From the NCBI GenBank assembly GCA_966095605.1, contig CBHTTJ010000001.1, forward strand, positions 7,906 to 71,905: 64,000 bases of DNA, given 5' to 3'. A program made the translations under genes and the position numbers. The notes beneath the pieces are model-generated. The model worked only from the letters and a program-made list of their open reading frames with translations. It searched no databases and was not told where the DNA came from. Positions within the stretch are counted from its first letter, which is position 1. Every line of letters starts with the position of its first letter. This DNA comes from an uncultured bacterium. GTDB taxonomy: Bacteria; Verrucomicrobiota; Verrucomicrobiia; Limisphaerales; JACDHS01. This document shows, piece after piece, positions 1 through 10,580 of the stretch.

Positions 1-40
1 CGTTTTTCTCGAAGAGGTCTGGGTCACTTTTAATACCAAA

Positions 41-1828
41 TTGGACAGCATGGGAGCACTTAAACTTTCCTGGCCGCTCGTTCTTGTCCCGTTGGTTCTG
101 TTGCTTTGGTTCAGAACGCAAAATATCAATTGGCCGAAGAAGCGGAATGCGCTTCCAGCGCAGATCTTTCGCCGACAGTTGGGAACTTGCCTTTTCCGGG
201 GGAGCGGCGTTGCGAGTTTTCTTGCTTTTTTTTTCTCCGTGATGTTGCCCTTGTTCCAAATTCTGGGAGCAGCCAAGACCTGGAAGGATTTTTTACCTGC
301 GCTTGCGGCGGGACAACACGCGCTGGCTCATTCCGTTTTCCTCAGTACGCTTTCGGCGACGTTGATTCTGGTTGTAGGGATTTTCGCAACACGATTTCCT
401 GCGGGTAAAATTTTATGGCTTACCTTTCTTATTCCGGGGGTTTTGTTGGACATGGCTTTTATCTGGCTCTTTAACCGTGCTCCGCTTAGTGGTTTCTATC
501 AAAGTCTTGGAATCGTAGTTGTGGCGTACGTAATCCGCTATCTTGCTATCGGTTGGACGGGAGCAACCAACGCCCTGTCTTTCGTTGATCGAGATCTGAC
601 CGATGCAGCCAAGATTGAAGGGGCCAGCCGTTGGCAGATATTTCGCTTGGTGCAGTGGCCCCGGGTTTTTCCACAATTGGCTGCTACCTGGTACATCGTT
701 TATCTGCTCTGTATCTGGGATGTGGAGAGCATAGTTTTGATCGTTCCCCCAGATGGCGAGACTCTTGCGCTTCGCGTGTTTAACCTGTTGCACTATGGTT
801 ACAATGGCCAGATCAATGCACTTTGCTTACTGCTGCTCCTTCTGGCGATGGTACCGTTGCTCCTTTGGGGAGTGTGGAGGTTATTAAATGTTTCTCGAGC
901 CGTTGGAGTTTCGTTGCTGCTCATCCCGGTTCTTTTGTTTACTGGTTGTTCTGATGCTGGTTCGTTGCATAGCAAATTCTTCAATGATGTGCAGGTGATC
1001 GGTTCGCGGGGAACCGCCTTGGGACAGTTCAATAAGCCGCGATCGGTCGCGGTGGATCGCGACGACAATTTGTATGTGGTTGATATGACCGGCCGCGTGC
1101 AGAAATTCTCCCCGGATGGACAGTTTTTGCTGTTTTGGCAGATGCCGCAGACGGTTCGTGGCAATCCCAAAGGAATGTCGCGAGACATGGATGGAAACAT
1201 TGTTCTATTGGAACCGCACTATTGGCGTGTAAATCATTTTTCGACGAACGGAACACTGATTGCTCAGTGGGGAATTCATGGGACAAACGTAGGAGAACTG
1301 GCTTTTCCGCGTGGCGTCGGTGTGAATTCCAAAGGGGAAGTTTACGTAAGCGAATATGAACTGGCGGAGCGGGTGCAACGATTCTCGTCTCACGGAGAAA
1401 AGAGCCTTGGATCGTTCGGAAAGGGCGGGGATGGGGCAGGGGAGTTCAATCGTGCCGAAGGCCTCGGGATTGATGGCAAAGACCGTGTTTATATTGCCGA
1501 TTCCTGCAATCATCGAATTCAGGTTTTTTCTCCCGATGGAAAATTTCTTCGTAGTTATGGTAAAGCGGGACAAAAGCCGGGAGAGTTCAGCTATCCCTAC
1601 GATGTTCGTGTTGACGCAAGCGGCTTGCAATTCGTTTGTGAATTTGGAAACAGTCGTGTGCAAATCTTCGATGCCAACGATCAACCAATCGAAATTTTGG
1701 GTGGACCCGGCGGAGCGCCTTCACAATTCAGCAATCCCTGGTCTATCGCGCTCGACTCCAAAGGAAACCTTTACGTCGCTGATTCAATGAATCATCGCGT
1801 GCAGAAATTCATTCGCAAGAAGGCGTGA
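41..1828 (+). CDS. ABC-transporter permease domain fused in frame to an NHL-repeat beta-propeller domain (5' end possibly cut by window edge)
   Basis: Several hydrophobic helices plus an EAA-loop-like 'DLTDAAKIEGASRWQIFRLVQWPRVFP'. The C-terminal ~300 aa has repeated NHL-type units ('NHRIQVFSPDGKF','NSRVQIFD','NHRVQKF'). The listed start is TTG and the frame stays open back to nt 2. Confidence 0.7.
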   Translation: MDSMGALKLSWPLVLVPLVLLLWFRTQNINWPKKRNALPAQIFRRQLGTCLFRGSGVASFLAFFFSVMLPLFQILGAAKTWKDFLPALAAGQHALAHSVFLSTLSATLILVVGIFATRFPAGKILWLTFLIPGVLLDMAFIWLFNRAPLSGFYQSLGIVVVAYVIRYLAIGWTGATNALSFVDRDLTDAAKIEGASRWQIFRLVQWPRVFPQLAATWYIVYLLCIWDVESIVLIVPPDGETLALRVFNLLHYGYNGQINALCLLLLLLAMVPLLLWGVWRLLNVSRAVGVSLLLIPVLLFTGCSDAGSLHSKFFNDVQVIGSRGTALGQFNKPRSVAVDRDDNLYVVDMTGRVQKFSPDGQFLLFWQMPQTVRGNPKGMSRDMDGNIVLLEPHYWRVNHFSTNGTLIAQWGIHGTNVGELAFPRGVGVNSKGEVYVSEYELAERVQRFSSHGEKSLGSFGKGGDGAGEFNRAEGLGIDGKDRVYIADSCNHRIQVFSPDGKFLRSYGKAGQKPGEFSYPYDVRVDASGLQFVCEFGNSRVQIFDANDQPIEILGGPGGAPSQFSNPWSIALDSKGNLYVADSMNHRVQKFIRKKA

Positions 1829-4677
1829 ACTTCCAATTCTCCAATCCACTTTATCTTGTGCTGCTTCCTCCGGCAGTGTTGTGGGTAATTTGGTTGGCAT
1901 GGAAATCTGACGTGCAGATTAGCGCTTGGCGGCGCTGGGCGGCTTTGATCCTGCGGTTGGTGATTGTTCTTGCTCTGTTGCTCGCAGTGGCCGGTCTCCA
2001 GTGGAAACGCTCGATGGAAGGCGTGAACGTCTTCTTTCTCCTGGACCGGTCGGACAGTGTGCCCTCTTCCCAGCAAGAGGAGGCAAGAGAATTGGTTAAC
2101 CAATTCGCCGCAAAGAAAAAACCCGTGGACAAAGCAGGCGTTCTTGTTTTTGGGGCGGAGGCAAGTATCGAGTCTTCGGTCACTAATGCAGTCGACGTGA
2201 AGAAAATTTATTCCGTCGTTTCCACGGAGCGGTCCGATATTTCCGCTGCCATTCGACTGGGGACGGCGGCGTTTCCTGAAGGTGGACAACGTCGGTTGGT
2301 CCTTTTTTCCGATGGGAACGAGAATTCCGGGAACGCCATGGATGCCCTAACTGCGGCAAAGCCATTGGGCGTCAGCATTGATGTTGTCCCTTTGGGAGTA
2401 AATCGAGGTAACGATGTTTCCGTGCAGAAATTGACCATCCCTTCAAATATTAAAAAGGGACAGACTTTTGATGTTAAGATTTTTGCGCAAGCTGATGAAC
2501 GGCGCGCGGCGACAATTCAGCTTTTTCGCAACGACCAATCATTGGGCGAACAAAGAGTAGAACTTGCTGCGGGGAAAAACCTTTTTACTTTTCCGCAGAC
2601 CCTTACGGATCCCGGGTTCTACAGCTACAATGTAGTGTTGGATGCTCCGGGCGATTTAATTCCACAGAATAATCGGGCCACTGCATTTGCAAGTGTTCGA
2701 GGAAATCCTCGTGTCCTCCTTGTTTCATCGGAGCCAACGCAAGATGCGACGCTCGCGGCAGCTTTGCAGAGTTCTCGTTTGGAAGCAAAAATCGTCGATC
2801 TTACCCATTTTCCGGAGACTCTGGCCGAAGTGCAAAGTTACGATGCAATCTTTCTCTGCAATATTTCGGCCGGCGATCTTGGAAACGAGGGCATGAAACG
2901 GCTGGAAAGCGCCGTTAAAGATTTCGGCGTTGGATTCGTCTGCATTGGCGGCGACCAGGCTTACGCGGCAGGCGGCTATCGCGGTACACCCCTTGAGGCG
3001 GCGCTGCCTGTTGACATGGAATTGAATAGTAAGAAAGTTTTGCCCAGCGGTGCTTTGGTCATTGTTTGTCATGCGACGGAGTTTCCGAACGGGAATCAAT
3101 GGGCTCGCGATATCGCTTTCGCCGCTTTGGATGCCCTGGGACCTCAGGACGAAATGGGGATCGTGTTGTGGGACGGAAATAATCACTGGCTTTTTCCGTT
3201 GGACAAGGTTGGTGACAAGAAAGAGATGGGGCGAAAAATCGCCGGAATGAATCCCGGGGACATGCTGGACTTTGGTGGGCCAATGCAGATGGCCCACGAA
3301 GCGCTCAAGAAATCGACGGCAAATCTGAAGCACATGGTCGTTTTTAGCGATGGCGATCCAAGTGCTCCCAATAAAAAACTCGTGGAGGATATTGTTACCG
3401 ACAAAATCACGATCAGTTCCGTAATGATTGGTGGGCACGTCACGCCGGAAACAATGATGTGGATGGCAAATATGGGTCGCGGACGCTTTTATGATGTGAG
3501 ATCCCCGGCGCAGCTACCGCAGGTTTTTATCAAGGAAGCCGCGGTGATTTTGAAATCGGCAATTTTTGAACAACCATTCAAGCCTCAGCTCGTTGCTAAT
3601 AGCGAGTTGGTCCATGGAATTGGTAGCGCGGAATTTCCGCAACTTAAAGGCTACGTTTGCACAACTCCTAAACCACGCGCCGAAATTCCCCTTGTTAGTG
3701 ACAAAGGTGATCCGATTCTTGCCCATTGGCAATACGGTCTGGGACGAGCTGTCGCCTTTACTTCCGATGCCAAACCAAAATGGGCTGCCGATTGGATGGG
3801 ATGGGAAAAATATCGCCAGTTTTGGTCGCAGGTAGCGCAATGGAGTCTAAGGAAAGTGGAAAATGCGGATTTTACAACCGAAGTATCCGTCGACAAGGGA
3901 GAAGGAAATATCTCGGTCGAAGCAGTCGATGCCGAAGGGAACTACCGCAACTTTCTCAGCCTTCAAACCACAATTGTCAGCCCGAAAGGAGATAAACAGG
4001 TCGTCCAGCTCGAACAAACAGGGCCAGGTCATTATGAAGCCAAATTTCCGACAAAAGAAGTGGGCGCTTATCTGATGAATCTTTCCGACACCAAAGACGT
4101 AGGAGGCCGCGCCTCACAGGTCCTTGGCGCCAGTGTGAATTATTCTCCTGAATTCAGCGCCACAGAACCGAATCTACATCTGCTCCGGCAACTTACGGAA
4201 AGTGGCGATGGGAAAGTAATCGAACCAGAGACGGAAAACCCATTTTTACACGATCGCAAAAAAACCTTTCAACCTCATGACCTTTGGGAGTGGTTGTTGA
4301 AATTAGCTATCTTGCTGTTCCCATGGGACATCGCCATTCGGCGAGTGCAGCTGGATCGAGACGAAGTGGCCCGTTTTTTTCGTCGTTTGCAGTTCTGGAA
4401 GAAAGAAAAGGCTCTGGCGCAGGATGAATCACTGGGGGCCTTGCTGGCTCGACGGGACGAAGTTCGCTCAAAACAAACTGCACCTGCGTTTGAACCGGAT
4501 CAAGACCTGTTTAAGCCTGAACGACCGGTCAGTTTGCCGTCACACGAATCCCGGACAAGCTACCCTGAATCGGCAGCGCCGGGCCCGCCCCCCCCCGACG
4601 GCAAGCCGAAAGAGCAAAGTACCACTACCAGCCGTTTGCTCGATGCCAAGAAGAGGGCGAGGAAACATCTGGAATGA
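1825..4677 (+). CDS. Large BatA-N / von Willebrand factor A (vWA) domain membrane protein
   Basis: N-terminal Bat/aerotolerance-type anchor 'NPLYLVLLPPAVLWVIWLAW'. MIDAS-like 'FFLLDRSDSV' (DxSxS) and a second vWA-like 'VVFSDGDPS'. C-terminal TM and Pro-rich tail. GTGA start/stop overlap with the upstream gene at 1825-1828. Confidence 0.65.
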   Translation: MNFQFSNPLYLVLLPPAVLWVIWLAWKSDVQISAWRRWAALILRLVIVLALLLAVAGLQWKRSMEGVNVFFLLDRSDSVPSSQQEEARELVNQFAAKKKPVDKAGVLVFGAEASIESSVTNAVDVKKIYSVVSTERSDISAAIRLGTAAFPEGGQRRLVLFSDGNENSGNAMDALTAAKPLGVSIDVVPLGVNRGNDVSVQKLTIPSNIKKGQTFDVKIFAQADERRAATIQLFRNDQSLGEQRVELAAGKNLFTFPQTLTDPGFYSYNVVLDAPGDLIPQNNRATAFASVRGNPRVLLVSSEPTQDATLAAALQSSRLEAKIVDLTHFPETLAEVQSYDAIFLCNISAGDLGNEGMKRLESAVKDFGVGFVCIGGDQAYAAGGYRGTPLEAALPVDMELNSKKVLPSGALVIVCHATEFPNGNQWARDIAFAALDALGPQDEMGIVLWDGNNHWLFPLDKVGDKKEMGRKIAGMNPGDMLDFGGPMQMAHEALKKSTANLKHMVVFSDGDPSAPNKKLVEDIVTDKITISSVMIGGHVTPETMMWMANMGRGRFYDVRSPAQLPQVFIKEAAVILKSAIFEQPFKPQLVANSELVHGIGSAEFPQLKGYVCTTPKPRAEIPLVSDKGDPILAHWQYGLGRAVAFTSDAKPKWAADWMGWEKYRQFWSQVAQWSLRKVENADFTTEVSVDKGEGNISVEAVDAEGNYRNFLSLQTTIVSPKGDKQVVQLEQTGPGHYEAKFPTKEVGAYLMNLSDTKDVGGRASQVLGASVNYSPEFSATEPNLHLLRQLTESGDGKVIEPETENPFLHDRKKTFQPHDLWEWLLKLAILLFPWDIAIRRVQLDRDEVARFFRRLQFWKKEKALAQDESLGALLARRDEVRSKQTAPAFEPDQDLFKPERPVSLPSHESRTSYPESAAPGPPPPDGKPKEQSTTTSRLLDAKKRARKHLE

Positions 4678-4753
4678 GCCAGTTTATCTGTAACAAAATC
4701 GTTGCGCGAACTTGCGGACTTAGGCGTAATTCATCAACTTATCGCGGTTCATT

Positions 4754-5032
4754 ATGAAGCGCAGCAGAATGACGGTGTTTTTTTCAGGGAAAGTGCAGGG
4801 AGTTGGATTTCGTTATACAACGAAAACAGTGGCTACTGGTTTTGAGGTGACAGGTACGGTTAAGAATTTATTGGACGGAAGGGTGGAATTAATTGCAGAA
4901 GGCGATAAGCTGGAGCTTGAAGAATTTTTGCAGGCAATCCGCGATTCAGAGGTGGGCCGGTTTGTGAAGAACGAACAGGTTCTCTGGAACGAAGCAAAAA
5001 ATGACTTTCGCGGATTCGAAATTGTCAGATAA
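4754..5032 (+). CDS. acyP: Acylphosphatase
   Basis: 92 aa. '[10 protein letters not shown]' and '[17 protein letters not shown]' match the two acylphosphatase signature regions. Confidence 0.85.
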   Translation: MKRSRMTVFFSGKVQGVGFRYTTKTVATGFEVTGTVKNLLDGRVELIAEGDKLELEEFLQAIRDSEVGRFVKNEQVLWNEAKNDFRGFEIVR

Positions 5033-5044
5033 AATTTAACAGGA

Positions 5045-5767
5045 ATGAAGTTCGCAATCATCGCCGATATTCACGGCAATCTTGAAGCGTTTCAGACGGT
5101 TCTGGAAGATATCCAGGCCCAGAAATGCACGCACATCGCTTGCCTCGGCGACGTTGTCGGTTACGGCGCCAATCCAAAGGAATGCCTCGATATCGTTCGG
5201 CAGATGAATATTCCCTGCGTTAAAGGCAACCACGATGAAATGTGTTCCATTGATGATAACATGGAAGGATTCAATCCGGCCGCTGCCGAGGCCGTATTGT
5301 GGACCCGCCAGCAATTGAACGAGGACGACAAAAAGTGGCTGCGCGATCTAAAATATATTCGTCTCGTTACCAGCTTTACCATTGTTCATGCCACCCTCGA
5401 TATGCCTCAGCGTTGGGGGTACGTCTTCGAAAAACTCGCGGCTGCAGCCAGCTTTACATATCAGAACACGTCAGTTTGTTTCTTCGGGCATACGCACGTG
5501 CCAGTCGCGTTTATCCGTGACACGATGGTTCGCGGAGGGACTTACTCCAAGTTCCGTGTTGAACCCGGTCGTAAGTACTTCGTAAACGTTGGCAGTATTG
5601 GTCAACCGCGTGATGGGAATCCTAAAGCGGCGTACGTTGTGTACGATATGGACGACAATTCCATCGAATTACGTCGTCTCGACTACGACATTGCGACTGC
5701 CCAATCCAAGATTCTTGCGGCTGGATTGCCCGAACGGTTAGCAGAACGTTTGGCGGTGGGAAAATAA
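5045..5767 (+). CDS. Calcineurin-like metallophosphoesterase (YfcE/diadenosine-tetraphosphatase-like)
   Basis: Ordered metallophosphoesterase motifs 'IIADIHGN', 'LGDVVGYG', 'GNHD', 'GHTH'. Confidence 0.85.
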   Translation: MKFAIIADIHGNLEAFQTVLEDIQAQKCTHIACLGDVVGYGANPKECLDIVRQMNIPCVKGNHDEMCSIDDNMEGFNPAAAEAVLWTRQQLNEDDKKWLRDLKYIRLVTSFTIVHATLDMPQRWGYVFEKLAAAASFTYQNTSVCFFGHTHVPVAFIRDTMVRGGTYSKFRVEPGRKYFVNVGSIGQPRDGNPKAAYVVYDMDDNSIELRRLDYDIATAQSKILAAGLPERLAERLAVGK

Positions 5768-5825
5768 CTTTGTCGGTAAATCGACCAGTTTTTGCCGGTC
5801 GGGCCCAGTCATTCGGAGCAGCCTC

Positions 5826-6839
5826 TTGAAAATCCTCATTTTAAAGCCGAGTTCCCTCGGCGATGTCGTGCAGGCAGTGCCCGTTCTGCGGTTGCTCAAA
5901 CTTTATTATCCCAAGAGCGAAATTTATTGGTGGATTGATGCTGGTCTTGAGGGTCTTTTGCAGCACGACAGGGATTTAGCCGGGACCATTCGCTTTGAGC
6001 GGAAGCGTTGGGGCTCTGCCTGGCATTGGGATGAAATGTTACGCAGTATTCGAGCATTGCGACGGCATCGCTTTGATCTCGTGATCGATTTGCAGGGGTT
6101 GTTGCGAAGTGGCGTTTTTGCCTGGCTTGCGAACGGCTCTTATACCATCGGGGTGGATGATCCTCGTGAAGGAGCAAGCGGTTTTTACGATGAAGTGGTG
6201 CAGCGTCCGTCGTATTACACGCACGCGGTCGATTGGTATTTGGAAGTGTTGCGTCGATTGAAAGTACCCGTTCACCCGGATTTTACCTGGCTTCCCGAGA
6301 ATCCTGTCACGAAAGCGGCTGTCGAATTGAAGTGGAAAACAACAGCCGTTCAATGGATTGCTATCAATCCCGGGGCGCGTTGGCAGAATAAAATTTGGCC
6401 TTCGAAATATTATGCTGACGTCGTTCAACGGCTGGCGGCAACAAGTTCGGTTAATTTCGCGATCCTTGGCGACCGATCTTCGACTCCGTCGGCGCGTGAA
6501 ATTTCAGCTGGTGCTCCCGACCGATGTCTGGACCTCACGGGGCAAACCTCGTTGAGAGAAATGGTCGAATGGATCCGTTTGAGCAGGGCGTTGATTACTA
6601 ATGACACTGGCCCGATGCATGTTGCGGCTGCCTTGGGAAAACCGGTTGTTTCAGTATTTGGACCGACCGAAGCGCGTCGGACAGGTCCTTATGGGCAGAT
6701 CGAACAGACTTTGCGCATTCCGTTGGCGTGCGCTCCTTGCATGAAGCCGCACTGCTCAAATAAGAATACGATGGAGTGTTTGCGAGGCGTTTTGCCTTTC
6801 CGGGTCGTGGAGGAAATTAAAAGGCGAGTTATCATTTAG
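5826..6839 (+). CDS. Glycosyltransferase family 9 (LPS heptosyltransferase-like)
   Basis: 'ILILKPSSLGDVVQAVPVL' N-terminus and 'TNDTGPMHVAAALGKPVV' C-terminal motif typical of GT9. TTG start. Confidence 0.8.
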   Translation: MKILILKPSSLGDVVQAVPVLRLLKLYYPKSEIYWWIDAGLEGLLQHDRDLAGTIRFERKRWGSAWHWDEMLRSIRALRRHRFDLVIDLQGLLRSGVFAWLANGSYTIGVDDPREGASGFYDEVVQRPSYYTHAVDWYLEVLRRLKVPVHPDFTWLPENPVTKAAVELKWKTTAVQWIAINPGARWQNKIWPSKYYADVVQRLAATSSVNFAILGDRSSTPSAREISAGAPDRCLDLTGQTSLREMVEWIRLSRALITNDTGPMHVAAALGKPVVSVFGPTEARRTGPYGQIEQTLRIPLACAPCMKPHCSNKNTMECLRGVLPFRVVEEIKRRVII

Positions 6840-6940
6840 CGTTATTCTGAATGTTTGAATAGACGTCAGTGGCGTGGAGTCCCTTGTATGGAGGGAGCTT
6901 TGTGGCTTGATCCTGTATTGAACCTCCCTAAACTGCTCCA

Positions 6941-7816
6941 ATGAAACTGGCGAATCTTATCCTGGCAACCTGGTTGGTTTCCCTTGCCTCTGTTTTTGGG
7001 CAGATCAAAGCAGTAAACGTGGATGTCCTTCTTGAGCAGGATCAATTTCTGCCGGATGAAGATGTTCGTGTCGCCGTGAAGATCACGAACCGTTCTGGAC
7101 AAACCCTCCAATTGGGCGAAGACGTTGATTGGTTGACGTTTACCTTGGAATCTCGCGACGGACAGATTATCCAGCAGATCAAAGATCCACCAGTGGTTGG
7201 AAAGTTTTCCCTGGAATCCTCCCTTACCGGAACCAAACGTGTAAATTTAACGCCCTATTTTAATTTTTCGCGCCCCACCGGTTATCGTGTGATGGCCAAA
7301 GTCAAAATACCTCAGTGGAACGACGAGGTGATGGGGAAATCAAAGATGTTTGAAATTGTTAGTGGCACGCGTCTGCGGGAAATTGAATTCGGCGTCCCGC
7401 CGGATGGTAGCAACGGTTCACCGGAAGTTCGCCGTTATGTTTTACAACAAGCCGTATATCTGAAGCACATGAGACTTTACGTCCGACTGATGGACGCGAC
7501 CGGGACGAGGACGTTGAAGCTTCATTCCCTGGCGCAAATGACTTCATTTACCAAGCCGGAAGCCCAATTGGATAAATACAGCAATCTGCATGTTCTCAGT
7601 CAAACGGGTGCTCGTTCTTTCATTTATGCGATGATTAATCCCGACGGCCAAATTCTTACATTGGAGACTCATGATTACAGTGATTCGCGTCCGGAACTTA
7701 AATTTAATGCGGAAGGCCGTGTGCGAGTCCTGGGTGGTATTCGAAGAGTAACCCCCAATGACATTCCGCCGGCGCAGGATCCTTTGACTCAGGCCAATGC
7801 TACTCCGCAACAGTAG
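6941..7816 (+). CDS. Secreted hypothetical protein
   Basis: Signal peptide 'MKLANLILATWLVSLASVFGQ'. Protein-like composition. No family recognised. Confidence 0.5.
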   Translation: MKLANLILATWLVSLASVFGQIKAVNVDVLLEQDQFLPDEDVRVAVKITNRSGQTLQLGEDVDWLTFTLESRDGQIIQQIKDPPVVGKFSLESSLTGTKRVNLTPYFNFSRPTGYRVMAKVKIPQWNDEVMGKSKMFEIVSGTRLREIEFGVPPDGSNGSPEVRRYVLQQAVYLKHMRLYVRLMDATGTRTLKLHSLAQMTSFTKPEAQLDKYSNLHVLSQTGARSFIYAMINPDGQILTLETHDYSDSRPELKFNAEGRVRVLGGIRRVTPNDIPPAQDPLTQANATPQQ

Positions 7817-8798
7817 AATTCTTTTCAGCAAAATCTTTGTTTTGGTTGGCATTTGGTTTTTCACGGCATCGCAGACCGCGCTGACTGCCCAACGAGTTGT
7901 ACTCCAACTGAAAAATGGAGATCGGCTTACCGGGGCGGTTGTTTCGGAAAACACAAACCACATCGTTTTCAAGACAACCTGGAGTGGAGGAATAATTGTA
8001 CCTTTGACTGAAGTTTTAGCGCGGGAACTGTCACCTCTCATCGGGCTGACAAATACATCTGTTGTTGCAACAAACTCGGTCACTAATGTGTTGGCGAAAG
8101 CCAAGCCTGAGCCAACGGATATAACGCCACTAAAGGCTCGTCATTGGCATGGGGAGGCGCAGGTTGGAACCGACCTTGGTTTTAGCGAAAAAGATCGGCA
8201 GCTGTATTACGGCCGATTTAAGGTGACGTACGCACGTGAAATCGCGCCACAGCGCTTTTTCAAAAATACTTTTGACTTCAGCAGCACCTATGGAAAAACC
8301 GACGGCATAACCTCCGCGAACCAGGCAAACGGCAGTTCCAAGACAGACTTCGACACGACAAAGAGGGTCTTCGTCTACAACCTTGTTGGAGCCGGCTACG
8401 ATGAAATTCGGAAAATCGATTTTCAATATGAAGTCGGTCCTGGCGTGGGTTATCACGTGATCATGCAAACCAATTTTGCTTTAAATGCTGAAGCGGGAAT
8501 GAACTTTCAATCGCAGCAGTTTGCCGCGCACGAATCATTGGAACGCTATTTCTTTCGGTTCGCTCAGGATTTCAGATGGGTGATTACTCACAAATTGAAT
8601 TTTGATGAGAAATTCGAATTCTTTCCACGAGACGACATCGAGCAATATCGATTCCGGTTCGAATCGAACTTGCGTTACACATTTTTCGAAAGCTTTATTT
8701 TTACATTCACTTTATTGGACATCTTCGACACGCAACCGGCGAAAGGGGTTTCCCCAAATGATTTGCAAATCCGTTCCAGCCTCGGTGTGAAGTTCTGA
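7797..8798 (+). CDS. Putative outer-membrane beta-barrel protein (DUF481/YdiY-like)
   Basis: Signal peptide, alternating beta-strand pattern rich in Y/F, C-terminal '...SSLGVKF' ending in Phe as in OM barrels. The DUF481 resemblance is from memory only. Confidence 0.45.
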   Translation: MLLRNSRILFSKIFVLVGIWFFTASQTALTAQRVVLQLKNGDRLTGAVVSENTNHIVFKTTWSGGIIVPLTEVLARELSPLIGLTNTSVVATNSVTNVLAKAKPEPTDITPLKARHWHGEAQVGTDLGFSEKDRQLYYGRFKVTYAREIAPQRFFKNTFDFSSTYGKTDGITSANQANGSSKTDFDTTKRVFVYNLVGAGYDEIRKIDFQYEVGPGVGYHVIMQTNFALNAEAGMNFQSQQFAAHESLERYFFRFAQDFRWVITHKLNFDEKFEFFPRDDIEQYRFRFESNLRYTFFESFIFTFTLLDIFDTQPAKGVSPNDLQIRSSLGVKF

Positions 8799-8895
8799 TT
8801 GCCAGACCTCAGTCAGAACTTTTGTGCCGGGGCAGGAAAGGGGGCGTTGAGAACGAAACTGACATTCTTTCCAACCCGTATTAATTTCGGGAGTC

Positions 8896-10251
8896 GTGAT
8901 AAATCGCTTAGTATCGAACCAACCGATGATCGTTCTCTTTTGGGGGTTTCTTTTGGTTTGTTTGCCGCTGCGTGCGGATATTTGGACTACTGCCTATTAT
9001 CCCGGCTATGAGCAGAACAATATGCCTGCTTCCAATGTGGATTTTACCGTTCTCACACATGTGATCCATTTTGCGGTGCTCCCGAATTCGGACGGAACAC
9101 TCAACAGCAGCGCCAACGTGGTTTCCACGTCTAATTCATCGGATTTGATTACGCGCGCGCATGCGGCGGGAAAAAAGGTGCTGATTTGTATTGGCGGCGC
9201 TGGAAGCACTTTTCTTTCGGCCACGGCCACCAACAACATTACGAAGTTTACCACCAACATCGTCAATTTTATGACGACGCGTGGCTACGACGGCGTCGAT
9301 ATCGACTGGGAGCCGATCAACGCATCGGACTCCAACCAGTTCACGACGTTTATTACTGGTCTGCGAACGCGCTTGGACACTGTCACTCCACGCCCAATGC
9401 TCACCGCGGCTGTGGCATGGGAAGAATCGTTGATCGCTTCGCTTCAAAATCAGTTCGATCAAATCAACATCATGACATACGACATGTCCGGGACCTGGGC
9501 GGGTTGGGTGACATGGCATAACGCACCGTTATATGATGGTGGTTACAATTTTCCGAGCACTGGCAAACCGGTTCCTTCTACCGAAGGAATGGTGAACAAG
9601 TTTGTTGCCGCCGGAGTGGCTCTTCAGAAGCTGGGGATCGGCATTGCTTTCTACGGAAAAGTTTGGAGCGGCGGCGCAGGGACTAGCACTGGAGGCGCTA
9701 CTCAACCGCGGCAGTCATGGACGACAGCTCCCACGCTCGCTACCGCGTCGTTCAACGAAATCATGACCACCTATTATCAGTCCAATTTGTATCGTTGGGA
9801 TACGAATGGGCAGGCGGCTTACCTGAGCGTCGACAGCACCAATTCAGCAAACGACAAGTTCATTTCCTACGATGATGAACGTTCTTGTCAGTCCAAGGTC
9901 AGCTTCGCCCGTAATAAAAAGTTGGGAGGGGTAATGATTTGGGAATTGGGAGAAGGATATCGTTCGAGCCAACCTGTTGGTAAACGAGATCCATTGCTAC
10001 AGGCGATCAAGCAGGCGAAGGCGACCCCGCGTTTGACTTCCATCACCCGTACCAATCAACACATTCAGCTTAGCTTCAGCAGCGCGCCGATGGGGACATA
10101 TCGACTCCAATGGACTACAAATCTGGCGTCCACGAACTGGAGCACCCTCTCCACGAATGTTTCTATTTCAAATGACCTGATGCAGGTGACGGATACGAAC
10201 GCTCTACCCTCCAACCTTCGTAAATTTTATCGTGTTCAAACACCTCCCTGA
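8896..10251 (+). CDS. Glycoside hydrolase family 18 (chitinase-like) with C-terminal beta-rich domain
   Basis: Catalytic GH18 motif 'YDGVDIDWEP' (DxxDxDxE), signal peptide, 'GGVMIWELG' near the barrel end. GTG start at 8896; alternative ATG at 8926. Confidence 0.85.
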   Translation: MINRLVSNQPMIVLFWGFLLVCLPLRADIWTTAYYPGYEQNNMPASNVDFTVLTHVIHFAVLPNSDGTLNSSANVVSTSNSSDLITRAHAAGKKVLICIGGAGSTFLSATATNNITKFTTNIVNFMTTRGYDGVDIDWEPINASDSNQFTTFITGLRTRLDTVTPRPMLTAAVAWEESLIASLQNQFDQINIMTYDMSGTWAGWVTWHNAPLYDGGYNFPSTGKPVPSTEGMVNKFVAAGVALQKLGIGIAFYGKVWSGGAGTSTGGATQPRQSWTTAPTLATASFNEIMTTYYQSNLYRWDTNGQAAYLSVDSTNSANDKFISYDDERSCQSKVSFARNKKLGGVMIWELGEGYRSSQPVGKRDPLLQAIKQAKATPRLTSITRTNQHIQLSFSSAPMGTYRLQWTTNLASTNWSTLSTNVSISNDLMQVTDTNALPSNLRKFYRVQTPP

Positions 10252-10580
10252 TTCTGGCAAAAATTAGATAACGATGGGGGCCGACCAGAGCGGACTTCCT
10301 TTGGCCTTTGTTACTGCTGGTGAAACATCACAATGTGGTTTGCGCAGCGAGTTGCCATTCTAAGTAATAGACGCCTTTATTAGCTGTTTTCCCTCATCGT
10401 TTTCCATCGAAAGACCTCCAGTCCGAAAGACTGAAATCGCATGAGCGTGAAACACAAACGTCGCGGAGCGTAAACATCAAGCTTACACCAGTTGGATAAA
10501 CCGAGTCGCCCCAATAGCGAGACACCTTCTAAGAGGTAACGTTCATTCATGACAAAAAACGGCGATTCTGCCAGCAAGCC

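Noticed and set aside
10252-10580. 330-nt gap before the sugar operon, with the antisense ORF 10380-10700, considered for a riboswitch or ncRNA.
   Set aside because: I saw no recognisable conserved riboswitch motifs or strong structure. It is probably just the operon promoter region.
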